In this document: positions 51,450 to 63,075 of the stretch, piece after piece | Layout: each line of letters opens with the position of its first letter | How positions within the stretch are numbered: position 1 is the stretch's first letter | Origin: Trypethelium eluteriae | Lineage: Eukaryota | Direction of reading: 5' to 3' | DNA: 64,000 nucleotides | Assembly: GCA_051942245.1 (NCBI GenBank) | Contig: JAVECL010000049.1 | Location: 1-64,000, forward strand | The notes under the pieces: generated by a model | Database searches by the model: none | What the model was told of the DNA's origin: nothing | Seen by the model: the letters and a program-made list of their open reading frames with translations, nothing else | Made by a program: the position numbers and the translations under genes

Positions 51450-51496
51450 AATCATGCTCAGAGACTGCCTTCAAATCATGCTCAGAGACTGCCTTC
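51450..51496. repeat. intergenic tandem duplication, 24-nt period
   Basis: aatcatgctcagagactgccttc at 51450 and again at 51474. Confidence 0.85.
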
Positions 51497-52118
51497 TTAA
51501 TGCGTCAAATTACGACTCATGGACCAAAGCAATCGTGTAGCAGAGCGATCTGGCTGACCCAAAAAAGCACCAATAGGAGCGTCTTGCCAAGTTGACATGC
51601 GCAAATAATTCACTCCGAGTCTTAATGGTGCATTTCGTTTCCATTTTCGAGTAGGACGTCTGAGTCTCAATCAAAGAAAGTAGAGCTACTCATCTCCGAC
51701 AGTGAGTCCATTTCCCAGTCGACTTTGCGTAGGAGCGGGACCCTTTACAACTACGTTTCGCTCCACAGTGCGCAATCGGTCATACTTCAACGCGAAAGTC
51801 AGTATTGACGTACTGTTGAAGTACCAAAATTATCACATCTCAGCCGGACACCTGGCTTGAGCTGAAATTCTGAGCATGTTGCAAAAAAGTGTTCGCAAGG
51901 ACATCTTTCCTTGAACTCGAGGGTGCGTTCTATTCGAATGTTGCTGCGGCATCGTCAAGGAACATGAAGGACCGGTGCGGCCAACCAAGCAATAGACTGA
52001 TAGGTTAGAAGTGAGGTGATTTGGGGAGTAGAGTAGACAATGTAATGCTCAAAACCTAATTCGAATTGTAATTTTTAAGCTCTTACCACTACCTTGGGTT
52101 GATGTGTTGAACCGTTCA

Positions 52119-52688
52119 TCATTTACTGGCTCTCACCCCTGGGATTCCTCCATAGTCCTCTTGCAATGCTTTACCGTCGATCAGTACCGGCTTAGCTTCT
52201 TGCAAAACGTAAAGCATTCTTCCCCAACCGCCATCAGGCGTGACATTCCTCCACGCATGCATTGTCCCTCTCTGAATTGCAATATCCCCTCTCTTCATGA
52301 CCTTGGTCTCGCCACTGTCCAGAACCAATTCCATAACGCCTTCCAGCACGACTGCATAGTCGAGACTCACTGTACGATGCATCGGCGAAGTCGCTCCGGG
52401 CATCGCATCTACCAGTCGACAGACTGTGCCACCAGGGACTGTAATTCCCGGCTTGTTTTCGAGAAATCCAGCATATGTGGTCACATCTTGGGACTGGTTC
52501 AGCTCAACAGGGGTTTCGTTGGTCGCGTAACTCAGGGAGAAGCGCGCCCCGTCGGGGAGAGTCTGCCAAGGGAGGGTGTCCGGAATGGCATTGCTGAAAA
52601 TAGCCTTGCCTGAGGAGTCGTGATCTGTAATGAAACGATTGATGGAGGGCAAGCCATTGTCGAGCAGAGTGTCGTGTGAGGAAGCCAT
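52119..52688 (-). CDS. cupin-domain protein
   Basis: SPMHRTVSLDYAVVLEG and GDIAIQRGTMHAWRN cupin motifs. Confidence 0.9.
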   Translation of the reverse strand: MASSHDTLLDNGLPSINRFITDHDSSGKAIFSNAIPDTLPWQTLPDGARFSLSYATNETPVELNQSQDVTTYAGFLENKPGITVPGGTVCRLVDAMPGATSPMHRTVSLDYAVVLEGVMELVLDSGETKVMKRGDIAIQRGTMHAWRNVTPDGGWGRMLYVLQEAKPVLIDGKALQEDYGGIPGVRASK

Positions 52689-53142
52689 GATTGACTTGGT
52701 TCAGGGAAACGGGGTAGTGATTGGTTCGATGTCTCTTTTTGTCACTCCAATCAAGATGGTGGGATCATCGTTCTCCTCCATGAGAGAGAACGTTGGTTCT
52801 GCCATGATTTATCGATGGAAGAGCGAACACGTGGATCCACAACGCTGCTATTGTGAAGGCCGGTAGTGTAGAAAGCTGGCGAAGAGTCGTGCGGAGAGGA
52901 GGTGGAGAGATGGAACAAGCCGAGCATTCGGCAGTGTGGGCACTGATCGGGTTCAGGGTTGCCCCAGCTTCTGAACCTCCGCCGAGCCGGTACGCTGAAT
53001 AATTAACCAGGAGGGCAATCCGTGAAACACTTGCTAGCAGGGTGGCATACATTAAGTAAGGCTTGTTATTACCCTCGAGTGTCAATATCCTAACATGACA
53101 TCGGTAGGATAGAACGTATGCTTGCGATTATACCATACTAGT

Positions 53143-55456
53143 CTATTCGATTCTCCTTGCTGAAGAAACATCCGGCACTCCGACGCCTTCCACCACTTTC
53201 CCCGAAACATACTCATACACTGGAATTTGCTTCAGCTTCGATATGACATGGTGGAGCGTAGGAAGGTCTTCCGGGTTCAGGCTCTCGAAATTGAAACTAG
53301 GCTTCTTCGCCCGGAAGACCTTCTCGACCCGTGAAGGCACGACCTTTGACTCTTCCTCATGTGGCACGACGACCGCATAGGCGACATCGGCTTTACCCCG
53401 TTCGCCGACAGCTGGAATATACTTGTAAGCAAGAATGCCATAATCGGCTTCTCCCCCAATCGTTCCTGCCTCTGCTTGTGGGTCCGTTTCCTCCAGTTCC
53501 TGAAGATCCAAAGTAGCGAAGGTGGCGCCTTTCCATCCTGCATGAACTGAATACTCATGCTCGCGCCGTCGGACATCAATATCACAGAAGAGCTTCGGCA
53601 TTCCGAGTTCTTCTCTCCCACTGACGATCGGGTCTGCAAGAGACTCAAAGAGAAGGGGCATGTAAGTTCCATTAATAGTAGAGCCATCACGCTTCTTGTA
53701 TTCAACACCATGAAGGTAGAGGCCGAAATGATTGTAGCCAGACCCTCCTAGCCATTGCATCTTTCCTAGTGTTGTCTGGGAAAAGCTGGCATAAGCTACT
53801 GTACCTGGCGATTTGAAAGAAAAGGAGTTGGTTGGGAATAAATTCTGTAGAAAAGTCCGAGAGGTCTTGAATTTGATCGATGCAGTAGTGAAGGTGGAAT
53901 GACGGGCTCGCTGTGCCGAGTTCGTGTACAGCGCTTGACGAGGTCCAGGCATAGGTCCAAATGAGACAGGCATCCTCCAATAGACGTTTGGGTTCTGGGC
54001 GTACCGCCAGTCGTCGAACGCTTTGGTGGAATGGTCAAACTCGTCATGGCCAAAATTATAGTTGGTAAACTTGACCACTTTCCCTCAATGTCAGTGAAGC
54101 TCACACTGATGGAATGACGACTTACTATCGGCTTTCTCCGGATCATCTAGGTCTTTGCCTGCCAAACGGGTATACTGCTGAATTGTGTGAGCACGCTCAT
54201 ACCTACAGCTTTCGTACAGCTTGAGCCGTTCGGCTACTTCATGCGGCTTAGTACCCATCGGAAGCACGACGCTTAGGGAGGCAGCGTCTTCAATCGCAAC
54301 CCCACCTCCTTGACCTTGGTCTAACGAATGTTAGCAAAACTCAAAAGCAGTTTTCGAGTTACGTACGCGGCAAGAATGGATGTGCTGAATCACCTAGTAA
54401 GGCCAGCTTGTTGTTCGTCCAGGTGGGCAGTTGTTCCATGTCAAGGAGTTTCCACAATTTGAGACTGCTCGGGTCAGCTTTGGCTAGTAATGCCAAAACC
54501 GCCTTGTCAAAATTTTGGTAGACTTCAAGCATCTTGTCTCGATTTCCACCAGCATTCCAATCTATGAAAGTGGTCAGCCCGAATGAACACACTGGAAGTT
54601 TGCTGGTGCACTGGTCTTCAGTAAACGCTGACTTACCATCAGCCGGTGCTGCAGTCTCGTCGCTGGGGTGTATGCAGACGAAGTTCATGAGCTTATTGCC
54701 ATCACATGGATACATGACAATCCTCCTGTCTCGCGCATTCCAGAAGATCAGCTCGCCTTCCTGTTGTGCAAACCTCTTGGTGACCTCATCTTCAATCACT
54801 TCCCTTTTCGAGACAAGAAATCGAAAGGCGCTTTTGCCGGAGGAGAAAGGGGTCGCATGTCCATCTTTTATCATCTTCCGTGCCACTGATGAGACTCCGT
54901 CAGCACCAATTACAACGTCTCCTTGAATTCGGTCGCCGTTCTGGAGAGTGACCGTGGCAGTATCTGGATCGATCGTGGTGACTTTATTGGAGTATCGTAA
55001 GTCTACTGGTCTCCCTAGTCCCTCTTTACTTGTGGCCGCTTTAGAGAGGTTAGAATGTAGATGAATCCGATGACAGAGGAGCCATGGGTGCTGCCAGATC
55101 TCGTTTGGCTTGTCGAGATCCAAAGAAAACACTTCTTTCCCATCTTCGCTGCACTCTGTTAATCGCCGCATCAAGTTCCCGCCAAAGTTTTCCGCGTAGA
55201 GACCTAAGCGGCGAAGGACACCATTTGCATTTGGTGCTAAGTGAATTGCTGCTCCAGTTTCGTTAGCACCGCTCCATTGTTCAAGTACGACAACCTCGTG
55301 GCCCACTTGACGTAGGGCTATAGCAGCTGTCAAGCCGCCAATACCGGCACCCACGATAACAATACGGAGTAGAGATGTAATTGCTGTATCTTGGGGGCGT
55401 CCATTGGCAGGGGAACTGGCATGTTCGCCGTTGGCATAGCCTCCAGCTTTCGACAT
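53143..55456 (-). CDS. FAD-dependent monooxygenase (salicylate hydroxylase-like) fused to an acetoacetate decarboxylase-like domain
   Basis: GAGIGG, GADG and LLGDSAHPFLPHQGQGG motifs. Introns at 54636-54562, about 54366-54320 and about 54125-54078 join in frame to the ADC-like domain carrying GREELGMPK. Confidence 0.88.
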
Positions 55457-55841
55457 CGCACTTTTTCGAGCAGAAGTGTGCTGACAAGAAGGGAAGGAAA
55501 TAACACAACTAATCCTCGAAAACAGAAATGTTACATAAGTCGGCTCTAGGGATAGATAGGGTTTTTGATACCCAGTCGTAAAGGCTTTTGGCAAATTGTG
55601 ACCACATGGCCGCCATGATCTCGCGCATGGAATGTGCAGCGGCAAGAACCTTCGGCATTCGATCCGAGACTTGCTCAAGGGTGGGAACTGCAAGGTGGTA
55701 GCATCTTAGCACGAGTGCTCCATACGGAGTGCTCCGTAGAGGTGATGTTAATTGCTAGGTACTGTCTTGTTAAGAGAACGACGGCTGGCGCCTGGCCCAC
55801 CCCCACATCCTCCGATATGCTTCTTAGCTTCTCTTCCTACT

Positions 55842-57373
55842 CTACCACTTCTCCTCACACCACTCCGACACGTTCGCAAGACCAGCTGTCCCGGACTGAT
55901 CTCCAACATCAAGGTATCCGCAGATCACACCCTGCGGATCCCATTTTCGTCGAAGATCCATCAACCTTGTCGCGCATTCGTCGGTCCAAAACCTGGTCTT
56001 TCGAACTTGGAAATCCGCATCTCCGAGATAGGCGCCCTCTGCATGGGGTTCAATCCCAAGCATGATATTTCGTGCCAATGTCTTGCACGTAAGGTCATCT
56101 TCTTTAGACTTCCAGATCGAATACAGCGCGAAGTAGTGGTCTGTTTGCATGCTTAACGCCATATCGGGGAGTGGCTTGCGGCTGCATGGTGACATGGCGA
56201 AATAGAGCGCAAAGGATTCCCGGCTCAGAGGTTTAGTGAAGGCTCCCTCAAGTACAGATACAACGTCTGCGTCGTTCTTAATATACGCATTCGAGGCTGC
56301 ATATCGATACCCGGGAGGATTCGCATTGGCCTGATCTCGATATTCTGAAGCAAGACTCGTCGGCTTGTTCACGATCTCGGTGATAAAACCCTCTGGTCTC
56401 AACCGATTTGCGTCGGCTAACGCGGCTTTGGCATTTTCCTCGTTGTCCTGGAACGTGAGAAACAGTGGTACTATGCATCTTTTGTCCATTCCCGCTGGCG
56501 TTACACTGACAGCAACGATTTCTGTATCCTTTCCGTACAGTGGCGCAATCTTTCGCGCATTAAAACAGGTAGGGTTGAGATTATTGAGAGACTTACCTCG
56601 AGTACCCACTTCATGACCTCTTTGTACTGGGAAATGGGATAGATGAACGCGGATGAGAGCATGTGAGCAAAGACTTTCCGAACTCTGAGGTGAAATCGTA
56701 ATACCACAGCTGGAAAGCCTATCGAATGTTAGGTGTTGATGAAGAGCGCCGGAGAAATCTTCTTTACCTGGTCCGGCTCCTCTTGCTGCCCATAGCAAGT
56801 CACTGTTGCATGTTGAGTTGCAATGAAGAATGTCGCCAGTTGCAGTGGCGACGTCGATAGCTGCGACCTGCTCACAAGCCCAACCCCAATTCTGCATTCA
56901 AGGTTTATCTCCATTCATCTCAAAGGCATGCTCTTTCTTACCTTGCAATTCCAGCCCATACCTCCCTGTAGGAGAAAGCCTCCTAAACCGACATCCGGAC
57001 AATGGCCACCCCCGAACATTAATCCTCGCTTACTTAGGAATTCGTTCAGCTCGGCTCCTGTTGCACTTGGCGAGACCGAGACGATGGAAGCGGCCTCATC
57101 GAGATCCATCTGGCAGAATTTGCCCAGGTCAATTAAGATAGCATTATCCCTGACGGACCAAGCAGCCCAGCTGTGTCCCCCAGAGCGGACGGATATCCTG
57201 CATTTCCTTTCGTTCGCAAGTTTAACTGCTTGGACTACGTGCTCGTCTTTGGTGGCTTCGACCACGGCAATTGGGTATCGTTTTGGATCAATGCTGTTGA
57301 AGACACGACCTGTCCGTGCCCTTTCATATTCCTGGGGGCTTGCGGTTTCTCGCCACACGATGGGTAAGTCCAT
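55842..57373 (-). CDS. FAD-linked oxidase (VAO/BBE family)
   Basis: RSGGHSW (covalent-FAD His), GGHCPDVGLGGFLLQGG, DLLWAARGAGP, YLGDAD...KWDPQG. Three introns. Confidence 0.9.
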
Positions 57374-58068
57374 TTTCAAGACCAATGCAAATCAAGTTCA
57401 AAATTACGAAGATACGGATAGAATGATAATAAACTGGAAAAAAAACGAAGAAGACTGTAGAACTGAAAGTAGAGGGTTTAATCCAGGGTAATGCTCTGCC
57501 ACGGGTTTGTGCCCATCCTAAATAAAGTCGGCTCCACCAATTGATTGTCGTCGCGCTCAATGAGTAGTGCAGCAAGCTTGCAGCATTATCATCTGCACTG
57601 GGCACTTTGTGGTAGAGTAGATATGGTGAATGCGTTTCACGTACCCCGAGCCGCGTGGCTCACCCCTGGTCAACTTCAAGAATACCTAGTACTGCCTAGT
57701 TTCGTAAAGGTCAAGAGGTGGTCAACCCTGTAAATGAACCAACGCTTTGGTACTCTGCTTGCTTTTTCTCGCTTGCCCACAAACCCTAATACACCAGGGC
57801 ACGTTCCTACTGAAGCATGTGCCTGCTCGGTGGCTTTTGTTGACATGGATTGGCAAAAGCTTATTCTCTTCCCTACACCTTTCTTACGTGGACGTCAACT
57901 CCCACCTTGCGAGCTTGGTTGATCTCAAACAGCACTAAAGGAAGGATTGGTGCTCTCTCGGAATAACAGGCAACTTCTTTCCGACTTTTGTTGGACTGAA
58001 TTGGGGACTAACACTCTCTAGATCTCGAGAACTGGCTGTCCGAGGTTGCACCTGAGCGACGAGCAATC

Positions 58069-60010
58069 ATGGTCAATATTACTACTGACAGAGACACAAA
58101 AGAGATCGGCCGAGGCACCACACTAGGAAATCTTCGTCTGCGGAATGTGGAAACCAATGAAGTCATCCTGATTCCTACTCCTACAGGAGATCCTAATGAT
58201 CCCTTGAACTGGTTGGTCACTTTCCCAGCAGTACAATCTGGCTGAAGACAGAAAATAGCGAAGCTAATGCACAATATTCGATCAGGTCAAAAGCTTATCG
58301 GACTTACCTCGCTTTGTTAGTCAGCTTTGCTATGTTCCTCTGTAATTTTCTTGCCGCTGGACCTACTGTGGCTATCGTTGACATTACGTAAGTGCCTCTT
58401 CCTTTCATATTTCTGTCTCTGACGCATGGCTCCACCGAGCAACCGAGGCAATCCCTTCCGCCCCTAGGGCTAGGACTGACTTGCCTCAGGAAGGATCTTT
58501 ATGGGCCTCCTGGTCCAGCATTTACGAGCGAGATAGCCAAGGTGGCATATTTCTTCACCACCACCGCCCTCCTCCAAGGCACTGGTAATCTCATATGGAT
58601 GCCCTTACTGATCAAGTATGGTCGTCGGCCTGTGTATATTGTCTCTTTTGCGTGCTATACAGGCGTGGCCGCTTGGTGTGGAGGCGCAACCAGCTATGGC
58701 AGTGAGCTTGCTGGTCGAATCATGCTTGGGTTCTTCGCCGGTGCCGGAGAATGCATTGGACCTGTCACCATAAGCGATATCTTCTTCTTGCACGAGAGAG
58801 GAACGTTCATGGCAATTTACACCGCAGCCCTTTCTGCAGGTGTTTCCGGGGGAATCATCCTTTCGGGACTCATAACTATCCATCTCAGCTGGCGGTATAT
58901 CTACTGGGTCGCTGTTGCGATGATCGGAGCGTCAACTTTCCTCGTCTTCTTGACGATGCCTGAGACTGCTTTCGTCAGGAGTTCCGCTTCGATGGCTACT
59001 GAGGGCGTGCTGTCCCCGACCGTGCTAGAAGATGGCAAAGAGAGCGAGCATCAAAAAGTGACAACCGTTGAGTCCCCTCTCACGACATCGAGCACATTCA
59101 GCGGCCAGAACCAACCGCCAAAGGAGACTTATTTGCGTAGTCTGAACCTCGTCCACGGCAAGTACACCGACGAATCCCTAGTGCGGATGTTCTTCCGTCC
59201 CATCGTTCTCCTCATCTTGCCCCCGGTTCTCTGGGCAACTCTTGTGATGGCAGTCACCATCGGCTTTCTTGTCGCGATATCCTCCAATTTTGCCACCGCC
59301 TTTTCTAACAGGTACGGATTCTTACCCTACCAATCCGGTCTCTGCTTCATATCGGGGCTTGTCGGGACTATGATCTCTATCTTTTTTGGCGGACGTGTCT
59401 CGGACATGGTTGCGGACTTTTTCACTAAACGCAACGGCGGGATCCGGGAACCTGAGATGCGTCTGCCCGCTATGACTATTGGTCTGTTTGCAGCGCCGCT
59501 TGGTTTGCTTCTGTATGGTGTGGGTATAAATAACAAGCTCCATTGGATAGTGCCCACTCTTGGACTAGGCTTTGGTAAGTATCTGTACATTCTTGCGGGG
59601 CCCAATGCTTCTACCGTAACTTCTTAACATTGCGAATAGTGAGCTTTGCGGTGGCACAGGCTACCAATGTCTCTCTCACTTACATCGTGGATGCTTATCG
59701 GCCGATATCGGGAGAGACTATCGTCACGCAACTCGCTTTCAAGTGTAAGTAAGGCTGGAGTGCAGTAGACTTCCCTATCTGATCCATACTGCCAGCTTGC
59801 TTCGGCTTTCTACTCAGCTTCTATACAAATCCTTGGGTGAACGAGTCAGGCTACTCGCATGCCTTTGGTGCAATGGCTGGAATCAGTGCGGCTGTTCAGA
59901 TCCTTTGGATCCCCCTTTTCTTTCTTGGAAAACAGATTCGACGACAGACGATCGATTGGAAAGTCATGACCTTTGTGGGCTGGAGCCCGGATCGAGAAGT
60001 GGGCGAGTAA
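58069..60010 (+). CDS. MFS transporter
   Basis: PTPTGDPNDPLNW, KYGRRPVY, SDIFFLHERG, WRYIYW, PET, EPEMRLP, YIVDAYRP. Four introns. Confidence 0.92.
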
Positions 60011-60157
60011 TCATTCCCTGCACTCAGTTCAAGTCTGTTGTAAATTCCAAGGAATCTGTGTATGCTTAAAGAGCTGCTGTCTGACTACCTTGACTTCCAT
60101 CATTAACCGATCTATCAAAGCTACTTGAGGATTGCAAACTGGCAGAGTCAGAATTTA

Positions 60158-60338
60158 CCTTACCGCGGCTGGGGGGTGCCCTGACCGGAAATTGATATAA
60201 TGTTATTTCGACTGTACTGTTATGACCATGTTGGCCCATGTTAACACCGTCTTAACATGGGCCAACATGGTCATAACAGTACAGTCGAAATAACATTATA
60301 TCAATTTCCGGTCAGGGCACCCCCCAGCCGCGGTAAGG
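60158..60338. mobile_element. 181-bp fold-back / MITE-like element, copy 1 (perfect 87-bp inverted repeats, 7-nt loop, TA on both sides)
   Basis: 60158-60244 is the exact reverse complement of 60252-60338. TA at 60156-57 and 60339-40, and pairing stops beyond the TA. A second copy lies at 62895. Confidence 0.88.
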
Positions 60339-60358
60339 TACCTTCACCATAATATAAC

Positions 60359-62686
60359 TCATCCTTGACCTGCCGACGTGCCTGACACGGGCTCGCCAGT
60401 ACATAAGCCTCCGGCCATTCCTTCCGTAATGTTAGGATGTGAGGTAAAGGGGCCCCAAGTAGGGAATCGGTCCATTGTCGGGGCGGGCTGCACATCTGCG
60501 CTCACGACACCCACTGTAAGTCGTGGAACATCATTAGAAGAGACAACGCAGCCATCTGCCTAAGCATTACGTAAGCATGACGACGGTCAACAAAAATTTA
60601 GTGGAAGCTTTGTAGTTGTTACCTACCTTCATCACCCGCCAGCTCAGATTCTGCCTGAGATATATTGAGACCTCCTCCACTCCGAGACCGCTCAATTCAT
60701 CACTCTCCACTTTATCAGCCAGCGCGGAGGTCAGAGGTACTGTGCCGGAAGCCATCAGTGGCACCTCTGTCTTCATACCACCTAGGTTCGCAAAGAACCC
60801 GTGAGTTCCAACAAGATTTGGCTCGGACCTCCAGCCTGAGCTGTCGCCATCGTTGAAGGGCCCGACGAAGACGTAGACGGAGAAGGAGTCGCCCAAGCCC
60901 ATTTTGTCAGCGCGAATCGTGGTAATATACTGGCGTCGTGCGCCAGTGGATGTAGTCGCATTGGCCAAAGAAGCCTCTTCCGTAGTCGGAGACGCCTCCG
61001 TACCTCGTTCCTCGGAGTGGAATCGCGAGAGAGATTTGGAATACAAGGAGCTTGCGGCAGACGATCTCCCGTACATGTTATTAACCGCGGCCTGAATGTC
61101 GGAGATGGAAGCTGATAAATTAGTGTCATTATTCCACAGTTCAGGGTAAGTGTAGCTGAATTTCTTGACATCTCGAGATGCGAACGAAGTCCAGAAATCG
61201 CCAGTCGTATCGGAATGGAAAGGTGTCAACCCTTTAGTGCGTAAGTGAACAAGGAGATTCATACGGAGCATGATACTTACGAGAGTTGCCGTCCTCTGTC
61301 GTATTGGCAGCGTATGTGAATGTGGGCTGCCATTGGACCGCAGGCTCGATGAAGCTCTCGGGATTTATAACCTGCCATAGCGCGAAGAGACGATCGACCA
61401 TCCTATCGACCTCGTCATTAGAGTCTTGTTCTTCATCCCTTGAAGTTAGAACTTATCATACGCATGATGCAGCCAGAATACCGGGTCAAACGCAGAATAC
61501 TGTAAGTACGTCATATGTCCAGAAAGTCCAACGTTGTTGTGGATGACGTCGTGTACTGCTTCTATGCTGTCAAAGCCTGTGTCATCATTCTCGTCATACC
61601 ACATTTCCGTGCAGACTGTTGTATAATTCTTGGAGGAGGTCATAAGGTTGTAAACTCGATCTTGGAGATTGGATTGAGCGTTGGCCATTGCGGAGGCGCT
61701 AGCACGTTCGTCACTGGTTGCATTTGCATTCGTGCTTGAGGGAGCCCTCAGTGTCTGAGGGTACAAGGTAAACTGCACGAGATCCTATCCAGTGGTGAGC
61801 TCTTGGTGTCCAAGAAGAAGAGACAGGGTTGAATGCACTCACTGGGTCATACATAAAATCAGAAGGGACAAGGGGGTGGAAAACATAAGAGTAGAGAGGA
61901 TTTGATATCTCTGTGATCACAGTAGTGGCGTTGTCATGGCTTGGAACTGTAACATTGACTTTAGGTGAGGTCACGCAATCCGGTAAAACAGGACCTCCAT
62001 CGGGCGGTTCTGCTGCCCAATCCCAGTATGGGATTCGAAAGGACATAGCGGCTTGCGCATACCGTTGACGTAGAGCACCCGTGGGAAACTCATTTGCAGC
62101 TTCAGTCACTTTCTCGTACAGGACTTGCTGTCGTGATGTCAGTAGTCAGAAGTAAGGCGTCATCAGAAATTTGCATCGTGACTGACTTCAAAAAGAGCCA
62201 GATACGGCCGATGCCAAGTCAGAAATAGGGTGGAATAGTGTGCGCAATAACCGTTGTCGTCCTGACCCGGTGCTGCTTGAACATCATCCCATGGTATATA
62301 AGGCATGCCATGAATGCCTATTTGGTACGGATTAGTCTTTCCAGCGTTACTGATATAGAGAGATAGCCCTTACCGGCTATTTGGTACCAAGACATAGGAT
62401 CTGATTGATTGACTGCCTGCATTTTCTGCAGTCCAAGAAGATATAAGTTGAACTGGTCGACATCTTGCTGTAGCTGTCTAATCTCTAACCGCGACTGAAC
62501 TCCAAATACTGGAGAAGCTCCTTTTACTGGGATGGTTGCCAGTTGTTGTTGTCGCCGCACACGTGGTGCGAGGTCTTCCGCAATATGAAGGAGTGGACCA
62601 TGGAAGGCTGCGCAATGTGCAAAATACAAGGACAGTAGTATAGACGAGACCCCACGAAATGTACTGAAATATATCCCGGACGACAT
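60359..62686 (-). CDS. secreted tyrosinase (type-3 copper protein) with C-terminal shielding domain
   Basis: Signal peptide. CuA site GIHGMP...YCAHYSTLFLTWHRPYLALFE, PYWDWA, CuB site EAVHDVIH...AFDPVFWLHHA, LTPF. Six introns, stop at 60359. Confidence 0.93.
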
Positions 62687-62894
62687 TGTTGTGGAAGGTG
62701 CCGAAGTGTGGAGGACCGATCTAAGGAGAGGAAAATATAGAGTTTGGAGTTTGTCCCAAGGTGGCCGGTAGTAGTACGTTTATAGGGCTTGCGCGGTACG
62801 AGACTCAACGAGACTTTCCAAATCGAGAATGGCAGGCAGAGGCATGTAGTCAGCCAGGGAATGCGAGGTGGTGAGTCTCCCACAACCTCACCTA

Positions 62895-63075
62895 CCTCAC
62901 GGCGGCTGGGGGGTGCCCTGACTGGAAATTGATATAATGTTATTTCAACTTTGCTGTTATGACCATGCTGGTCCATGCTAACGCGGTGTTAACATGGATC
63001 AACATGGTCATAACAGCAAAGTCAAAATAACATTGTATTAATTACCAGTTGAGGAACCCCCCAGCCGCGGTAAGG
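62895..63075. mobile_element. 181-bp fold-back / MITE-like element, copy 2 (diverged)
   Basis: Same length and ends (CCTCACGGCGG...CCGCGGTAAGG), TA at 62893-94 and 63076-77. By manual alignment its arms differ from the copy 1 arm at 9/87 and 13/87 positions. Confidence 0.88.

Noticed and set aside
60158..60338. Perfect palindrome as a pure assembly artefact or CRISPR-like array
   Set aside because: An independent diverged copy with the same length, ends and TA flanks lies 2.6 kb away, and there is no repeat-spacer organisation.
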